From the NCBI GenBank assembly GCA_038889235.1, contig JAWAHN010000001.1, positions 494,499 through 526,498 on the forward strand: DNA of 32,000 nucleotides. The letters are read 5' to 3'. The translations under genes were made by a program, and so were the position numbers. Of the stretch, positions 26,595 to 32,000 are shown one piece after another. Under the pieces are notes generated by a model that saw only the letters and a program-made list of their open reading frames with translations, was not told the origin of the DNA and did no database searches. The DNA comes from Candidatus Jordarchaeales archaeon. GTDB taxonomy: Archaea > Asgardarchaeota > Jordiarchaeia > Jordiarchaeales > Freyrarchaeaceae. How positions within the stretch are numbered: position 1 is the first letter of the stretch; each line of letters opens with the position of its first letter.

Positions 26595-26936
26595 TTGGTG
26601 CTCAAAGAGGCGTTCCTGTTTCTCTCCGGAATATTTATGCTCGTCATAGGACTGCTGATGACCCTATTTGTTTTAACGACACCGATAGGAGTGTTATTCC
26701 TACTTATAGGAATTATATGTATCATAATTGGTATAACGTCAGAAGGGGCCGAGACTGCAACGGGAAGGGTTAAAACGGTCCCACCACCAGTACCCGCTAA
26801 ACCTAAAGTAGCAAGGGAGAAGAAGGAGGAACAGGAAAAGGGTCTTCCCCCAGGATACATGTACTGCCTTTACTGCGGGGAGAAAATACCTAAAGCTTCT
26901 AGGTTTTGCCCTAACTGCGGGGCTGCATTAGAGTGA
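26595..26936 (+). CDS. Membrane protein with C-terminal zinc ribbon
   Basis: Two N-terminal hydrophobic helices, Pro/Lys/Glu-rich linker, YCLYCG...FCPNCG; start TTG/GTG at 26595/26598 after GAGGTGG. Confidence 0.8.
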   Translation: MVLKEAFLFLSGIFMLVIGLLMTLFVLTTPIGVLFLLIGIICIIIGITSEGAETATGRVKTVPPPVPAKPKVAREKKEEQEKGLPPGYMYCLYCGEKIPKASRFCPNCGAALE

Positions 26937-26976
26937 AAAAGTGAGAAAAGGAGGGGGGAGGGGGTGGTTGGGCGGT

Positions 26977-27366
26977 TTACGACGGAGCGTAAACCGCTCT
27001 CCAGACCAGTTCTCCCAGCTTGCGGGACGAGAAGTAACTTGTTTTTTCTATCTTTACTTGAGCCCCGTACTTCAGTAGGAGAATGTAGAAGTTTTGGAGT
27101 GTTTGTCTGTCTAAGATCAGCGTTATGAAGTTCACTCCTGTCTTGGATACCATAATGCCTTCCCTGATGAGGTTCATTTTCCTTTCAGCTTCTTCTAGGA
27201 AGAGCCTTACTTCCTTCGGTTGGCATGGTAGCCCATTAAACGAGAACGTGACTTTGTATACACCTTCTTTAGCTATGCGGAGGAACTTTGTTCGCAAAGT
27301 CGACACCTTGTCCATTCCCACAAAGTTATCTTTTGGTAGGACTGTCTGTACTGGTGGTCCACGCAT
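26977..27366 (-). CDS. Hypothetical protein (possible ACT/ferredoxin-like fold)
   Basis: ATG 27366 after GGGGAGG; alternating beta/alpha pattern; fills the gap before purM. Confidence 0.6.
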   Translation of the reverse strand: MRGPPVQTVLPKDNFVGMDKVSTLRTKFLRIAKEGVYKVTFSFNGLPCQPKEVRLFLEEAERKMNLIREGIMVSKTGVNFITLILDRQTLQNFYILLLKYGAQVKIEKTSYFSSRKLGELVWRAVYAPS

Positions 27367-27517
27367 TACTGTTTGTTCCTCCCCTTGTCTTTGAGTAGAA
27401 GAAGGGAGAGCGTAGAATATATTTAGTACTGTGACCCTGATTTCCAGTGTTTCCAATGTTTCCGACGTTGAAGCCTTTCACTGGATGCATGAAAAATACG
27501 GGTTGAGGGGAGCACGC

Positions 27518-28588
27518 TTGAGTAGCGGGATAACTTATAGGAATGCGGGCGTGGACATTAATAAGACGAGAAAGGCACATGAAAAGATTGGTGCGCTCAT
27601 TGAGCGGACTTTTGGTTTCAGAAGGGGACTGTTTGGAGAAGTTTTAGGGCCTTTCGGGCACTATGCTAACCTGATAAGTATCGGGGGCAGTAAGGCGCTG
27701 GCGCTTCACAGCGACGGGGTCGGAACTAAGGTTCTAGTTGCACAGCTCATGGACAAGTATGATACTGTGGGAATAGATTGCGTTGCCATGAACGCTAATG
27801 ACTTGATATGTGTCGGCGCGGAGCCCGTGGCATTAGTCGACTACCTTGCTGTCGAGGAGCCAAGGGAGGATATGATCTCCGAGATAATGAAGGGGCTCGT
27901 GGCTGGAGCGGAGGAGGCTGGGATGGCCATTGTCGGGGGAGAGACGGCCGTAATGCCTGACGTGATAAAAGGTGCTGTCCCGGGAAGGGGGTTTGACCTT
28001 TCAGCGGCCAGTATAGGGGTTGTTGATGTCGACAAGGTTATCACTGGAGCGGCGATGAAGCCGGGGGATTTAGTTATTGGGTTGGAGAGCAGTGGTGTGC
28101 ACTCGAATGGCATAACGCTGGCGAGAAAAGTGCTACTTGAACGTGCAGGCTTAAGTGTTCACGACAGGCTTCCAATATCGGGGGAAAGGGTTGGCGACGC
28201 ACTCCTAAAGCCTACTAGGATATACGTCAAACCTGTTCTAGAGGCTTTAAAGGTTGCCGAGGTTCGCGGGCTAGGACACATAACTGGAGGGGCGTTCAGT
28301 AAGCTTAACAGGATCTGCATGGGGAGAGTTGGTTTGCTTTTAGACCACATGCCTGAACCGCATCCAGTTTTCTTAGACATACAAGAGGCTGGGAACGTGG
28401 ACGACGGGGAAATGTATAGGACGTTTAACATGGGTGTTGGGTTCGTGATCGTGACGAGCAAGGATACTGCCGACGACGCCATTGAGGTTTGCAAGAGACA
28501 TGGAGTTGCTGCGAACGTTATAGGAAGGGTGGTTGAGGGAAAAGGTGTGCGCGTGGTTACCCCTAAGGGGCGCGTAATTGATATGTAA
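27518..28588 (+). CDS. purM: Phosphoribosylformylglycinamidine cyclo-ligase (AIR synthetase)
   Basis: TYRNAGVDI, SDGVGTK, GIDCVAMNAND, GGETAVMP, SSGVHSNG, HITGGA and RTFNMGVG; TTG 27518 after GAGGGG. Confidence 0.97.
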   Translation: MSSGITYRNAGVDINKTRKAHEKIGALIERTFGFRRGLFGEVLGPFGHYANLISIGGSKALALHSDGVGTKVLVAQLMDKYDTVGIDCVAMNANDLICVGAEPVALVDYLAVEEPREDMISEIMKGLVAGAEEAGMAIVGGETAVMPDVIKGAVPGRGFDLSAASIGVVDVDKVITGAAMKPGDLVIGLESSGVHSNGITLARKVLLERAGLSVHDRLPISGERVGDALLKPTRIYVKPVLEALKVAEVRGLGHITGGAFSKLNRICMGRVGLLLDHMPEPHPVFLDIQEAGNVDDGEMYRTFNMGVGFVIVTSKDTADDAIEVCKRHGVAANVIGRVVEGKGVRVVTPKGRVIDM

Positions 28589-28607
28589 CTCGGGGGAAGG
28601 TGGGCCT

Positions 28608-30701
28608 GTGACTAATTGGAATGTTGGGTTGAAGGGATTCGCAGCAAGCCTGCTTGGAAAGGGGGACGTGAAAGTCTGGAGTAAGGATGAGCTTAACGCA
28701 GCACTCATACTTTTCAGCGACGTTCTGGCAAAACTTCTCCTTCTAGGATCCATGCTTCCTATTCTGTTGAGAACCGACTATCTCCCAGCGTGGTACTTTT
28801 CAACAGTTACTGGAATCTACAATGCGCCCTTCACGCTTTTCGGCATGTTAAATATTCATGGAGTGCAAATTCCCACTGTGATTCAAAGGGGGGACCTCAT
28901 TCCACCAGATTTCCAGATCTATGCCCCCCATATCCCGTGGACGCTCGTATCGGCGTTTATCTCGTCGAGCGTGCTCGCGACGCTTATCGGAGGAATAGCC
29001 TACAGTTACTACGCATACGCTAAGACCGTCAAAACTGGAAGCAACTTCACTGCCTTACCTTTTGGTCCAAGTCTCCCCGCAACCTTCCTAGTGATCGCCT
29101 ACATATTGATCGTGGTGAGGAACCTACTAGGACTTGACATCTACACTGCTGTCTCGGTAGCTATAATGGTGAATATAGTGTGTTCAATAACCGAGGTGGT
29201 TCTCGCTCTGACAGTGATCGGACGCGTTAAGGGGCGCCTCCCGCTTCCGGGAGTGCTCGGGGTCTCAGCCGGAATTGGAGTTGCGTGGGCCATAGTCGGA
29301 CTCTTCAGCTTCGTGGCTGGAACACCTGTGGGTGGAGTTTGCGGAGCGCTAAACAATTGGCCCCAAATTAGCCCAGTCGTAGGACTGGTGACGACTGCGC
29401 TGCTACTAGGAGGCCTTGTCCTCAGGCAGTACAGTAGGGTTCCGCCGGCTCTAGCCGCACTGGCTGTTGGAGCATTCTTAGCGTCTTTAAACGCACTATG
29501 GTTGGGGGTCTACTCGGCTACGGGAGACTTACTTTTCTACTTCAGAGAGGTTTGGACTACCGTGTTTGGAGGAATTGGACCACAGTTCTTGCTAGCCTAC
29601 CTGTTGGGGATTAACCCGGCTCCCTATGTTTACTACGGGATCTCCTCTTCATGGCTTCCATCCATTCGCCTCGAAATTCTGGGAAGGGGGCTCGAAATTC
29701 TCCCACTAGTTGCAGCCATAGCGGTTCCAATCCAGGTTTACGACACCGTGGAGAGCTACGCTAACACCATGTCGTGCAACCTCGCGCTGGCGCGCAGAAT
29801 GAACTTCAGTGGAGGAGAAGCCGAGAAGTGGGCTTACGAGGAAGGCTACGATCCATCAGACGTAATGCTCGTGGGCGCGTTTGCGAGCTTGGTGGGAGCT
29901 CTGTTTGGAGGGTGGGCTCCAATGGTTAACTATGTTGGGTCGGCGGGCTACGTTAGGGTTGGAGCTAGAGTCGGGTACCCTGTGTTAGCCAGCTTGCTTC
30001 TAGCGGTTGTAACTTGGATCGGCGTGTTCTACTTAATCCCCTTGCTTTTACCCATATCCGTGACAGCACCTTTCCTTTTGTTCCTCGGGGGGATTACTGT
30101 AGCTCAAGCTTTCATGGAAACCTATGAGTACAACGGTGGAAACTTGGAAACCGTCTGGGGGGACTTTTTGGCGGTGTGCTTGGCCGTTGTTCCACAGATC
30201 TTCTTATGGACGGCCAGCGTGCTGACAGTTAACTTCAGCTTCTTGTTGACAGGTGAAGCTATGAGCGCTGCTCTGTCACCATACAGGTTGCTGAACGAAG
30301 TATTCTATTTCACCTGCCAGCTCGACGGGTTAATAGTCAGGGTTCCTTATGCCAAGCTTCTCGGAGTGTACGGTTACAGTGTAAACCCGACTTTTAGCTA
30401 CGCGTCGCTCGCTTTAGGTTGGTCCGGCGTGTTATTCTTCGGGTTAAATGCAAGCCTAGTGGGACTCGTTTGGGGAAGCATATTTTCAGACGTGAATCAT
30501 AGAAAGACTAAGCGCGCCGCCGCGATAGCGACCGCCGCCGCAGTCCTATCGGTAGCGGGGGTCATGCACTCGTTCTCTGTCCCCTTGAACAGCTTAGAGG
30601 TGCTCTCCGCCATTCCATGGGGGCTGTTTTACCTCGCAATGGCTGTGTTAATTCTCTTGATCGGCCGGCGTCAGGTCGGACACGCCGCCCCTAAGGCCTG
30701 A
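28608..30701 (+). CDS. AzgA-like / NCS2-family permease (probable nucleobase transporter), divergent
   Basis: More than 12 hydrophobic helices; ALPFGPSLP, NYVGSAGYVRVGARVGY and APFLLFLGG resemble AzgA-type permease motifs; GTG 28608 after GAAGGTGG, 19 nt after purM. Confidence 0.7.
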   Translation: MTNWNVGLKGFAASLLGKGDVKVWSKDELNAALILFSDVLAKLLLLGSMLPILLRTDYLPAWYFSTVTGIYNAPFTLFGMLNIHGVQIPTVIQRGDLIPPDFQIYAPHIPWTLVSAFISSSVLATLIGGIAYSYYAYAKTVKTGSNFTALPFGPSLPATFLVIAYILIVVRNLLGLDIYTAVSVAIMVNIVCSITEVVLALTVIGRVKGRLPLPGVLGVSAGIGVAWAIVGLFSFVAGTPVGGVCGALNNWPQISPVVGLVTTALLLGGLVLRQYSRVPPALAALAVGAFLASLNALWLGVYSATGDLLFYFREVWTTVFGGIGPQFLLAYLLGINPAPYVYYGISSSWLPSIRLEILGRGLEILPLVAAIAVPIQVYDTVESYANTMSCNLALARRMNFSGGEAEKWAYEEGYDPSDVMLVGAFASLVGALFGGWAPMVNYVGSAGYVRVGARVGYPVLASLLLAVVTWIGVFYLIPLLLPISVTAPFLLFLGGITVAQAFMETYEYNGGNLETVWGDFLAVCLAVVPQIFLWTASVLTVNFSFLLTGEAMSAALSPYRLLNEVFYFTCQLDGLIVRVPYAKLLGVYGYSVNPTFSYASLALGWSGVLFFGLNASLVGLVWGSIFSDVNHRKTKRAAAIATAAAVLSVAGVMHSFSVPLNSLEVLSAIPWGLFYLAMAVLILLIGRRQVGHAAPKA

Positions 30702-31565
30702 CAACGTGCACACTCCACCGTTTTTCCCATTCATGACTATGGTTGCCAACGGGTAAACCTCGCTTAGGGCGGCTTCCAGGGTTATGGAATTTATGGGAGT
30801 CATTTTAAGTGAAGGTGAGACTAATCCAGAGGCGATGAGGATTTTGAGCGCGTCTTTCAGTCTAAGGTCTGAGGTTCCGTTGTAGTAAACCTTGGATGGG
30901 TTTCTGAGCAAGTATAGGGCGGCGTCTTGTAACCTCCTTCTTCTCAGTTCTAAGAGGGCGGCGCTGCAGTTTTTCGGAGGGGGCGGGGCAGTCCATACCA
31001 GTGTTTCTTTTCCAACCCCTTGGAGGTACACTATGCGGTTGTCGTAGAGCTTTTTCAGCACCTTTCTCGGGTTCGGCATCACTCTGCATGAAACTTTGAG
31101 AACTAGGTTGGCGTCGATTCCAGGTGGCATGTGTAGGATTAAGTTATAAAGTGTTCTTGCCTCCCTCCAGTCGTCGTGTTCTCCTTTAAGCAGGTTGCTG
31201 TTCGTGGCTGTGACGAAGAGCTTTCCGTCTGAGACTACGAGACCGCCGGCCATTTCTAGGAAAGCCTTAGTTATCTTTTCGGCTTCCCCGTCAGGGATTC
31301 CGGTAACTTCTTTAACGAGCCTCGGTAGCTCGGCTGGAACTTGAAGCACTCTGAGAAGCCTAGCTGTAAGGGCGCTCATCTTTCCAGTATGGAATACGTC
31401 TATGTGCCTCCTGGTCTCGTATGCGGGTAGCAAGGGGATGCCGCAGCCGAACTTTTTATTCAGCGATTCGAGAAAGACCTTTCGCACGGGTTCAGCGAAA
31501 GGAGCGTTGAGCGAGGCTGAGAATGCCATGGCGTCTCTGCAAGCCCTTGTAGGGTTGACGAGCAA
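30648..31565 (-). CDS. Hypothetical protein, possibly tandem winged-helix
   Basis: 305-aa ORF starting 3 nt after the NurA-like stop; three helix-helix-strand segments; 3' end overlaps the permease by 54 nt. Confidence 0.65.
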   Translation of the reverse strand: MLVNPTRACRDAMAFSASLNAPFAEPVRKVFLESLNKKFGCGIPLLPAYETRRHIDVFHTGKMSALTARLLRVLQVPAELPRLVKEVTGIPDGEAEKITKAFLEMAGGLVVSDGKLFVTATNSNLLKGEHDDWREARTLYNLILHMPPGIDANLVLKVSCRVMPNPRKVLKKLYDNRIVYLQGVGKETLVWTAPPPPKNCSAALLELRRRRLQDAALYLLRNPSKVYYNGTSDLRLKDALKILIASGLVSPSLKMTPINSITLEAALSEVYPLATIVMNGKNGGVCTLSGLRGGVSDLTPADQEN

Positions 31566-31568
31566 ATG

Positions 31569-32000
31569 TTAGACCCCCCTCCCCCTCTTTCCCCAAACGC
31601 TCTCCAATCCGTGTTTTGGTTTAAACATCCTGTAGAAAACGTTTGCCTCAACTCCTTCCTTTTTAGCCATTTTAACTATCCTAGCGAAGAACTCGTCTGT
31701 TAGGAAGTCGAGTAGGGTGTCTTCCACGAGGCTGAAAGCGTGTGCGAACTCTAAGGGCCAAGGAACGTTGTTCATGTTACTTGCCTGGTAGTAGAGAGCA
31801 GAGCAGAGGTATTCAAAGAGTCTCTCGTCCTCGACGACGCTGCGGTGGACTTCAACCCTTATAGGCATGGCGTCGTGGGGCTTGAAGTAGAAGAAGCGCA
31901 TGTCCGATATGAAGCCGGCATAGTTCTTGCCGAAAACCTTCCTCTTCGCCAGCTCCCCCCAGAGCTTGCTCTTCCTGGGAGCTGTGATAACCAACTTTCT
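31569..32000 (-). CDS. NurA-like nuclease, C-terminal part (gene extends beyond the window end)
   Basis: Frame open to position 32000; FFYFKP...PIRVEV and NNVPWPLEFAH resemble the NurA C-terminal FY.K...P.RVE and GYP.PL..AH motifs. Confidence 0.6.
   Translation of the reverse strand, partial: RKLVITAPRKSKLWGELAKRKVFGKNYAGFISDMRFFYFKPHDAMPIRVEVHRSVVEDERLFEYLCSALYYQASNMNNVPWPLEFAHAFSLVEDTLLDFLTDEFFARIVKMAKKEGVEANVFYRMFKPKHGLESVWGKRGRGV

Noticed and set aside
26950-26975. G-rich tract with quadruplex potential
   Set aside because: It lies between convergent genes; its pyrimidine-rich complement is adequately explained as a termination region, and the G-runs are irregular.

Overview
Gene-dense archaeal chromosomal window with strong Shine-Dalgarno use (GGAGG/GGTGA) and BRE-TATA promoters. 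An Asgard-type anaerobe is my inference, based on an NPRL2-like and a Vps29-like protein. In order it holds: a formylmethanofuran dehydrogenase cluster (partial fwdB, fwdD, two FwdG-like ferredoxins, a half-length FwdF), a Vps29/YfcE-type metallophosphoesterase, a MutS5-type ATPase, a DUF62 SAM hydrolase, nadM, ogt, rtcA, a NOG1 GTPase, a proteasome beta subunit lacking the catalytic Thr, DUF1152, several uncharacterised proteins, a CBS protein, TatD, Bax1, a Phr/HSR1-like regulator with cdc48, a double-cubane-cluster-type reductase with its ATP-dependent activator, XPB, a methyltransferase, a protease-less Lon-type ATPase, purM, an AzgA-like permease and a truncated NurA-like nuclease. Most notable: (1) a longin-like + tandem winged-helix protein resembling the GATOR1 subunit NPRL2; (2) a DCCP/DCCP-R pair; (3) layered regulation of the cdc48-phr locus, with tandem AC-N5-GT sites, a 52-nt leader hairpin hiding a 12-codon uORF, and a second hairpin hiding the regulator's SD. 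I found no tRNA, rRNA, CRISPR array or transposase. All family assignments come from motif recognition and recalled sequences, not database searches. Several starts were moved from the ORF track to codons preceded by an SD.
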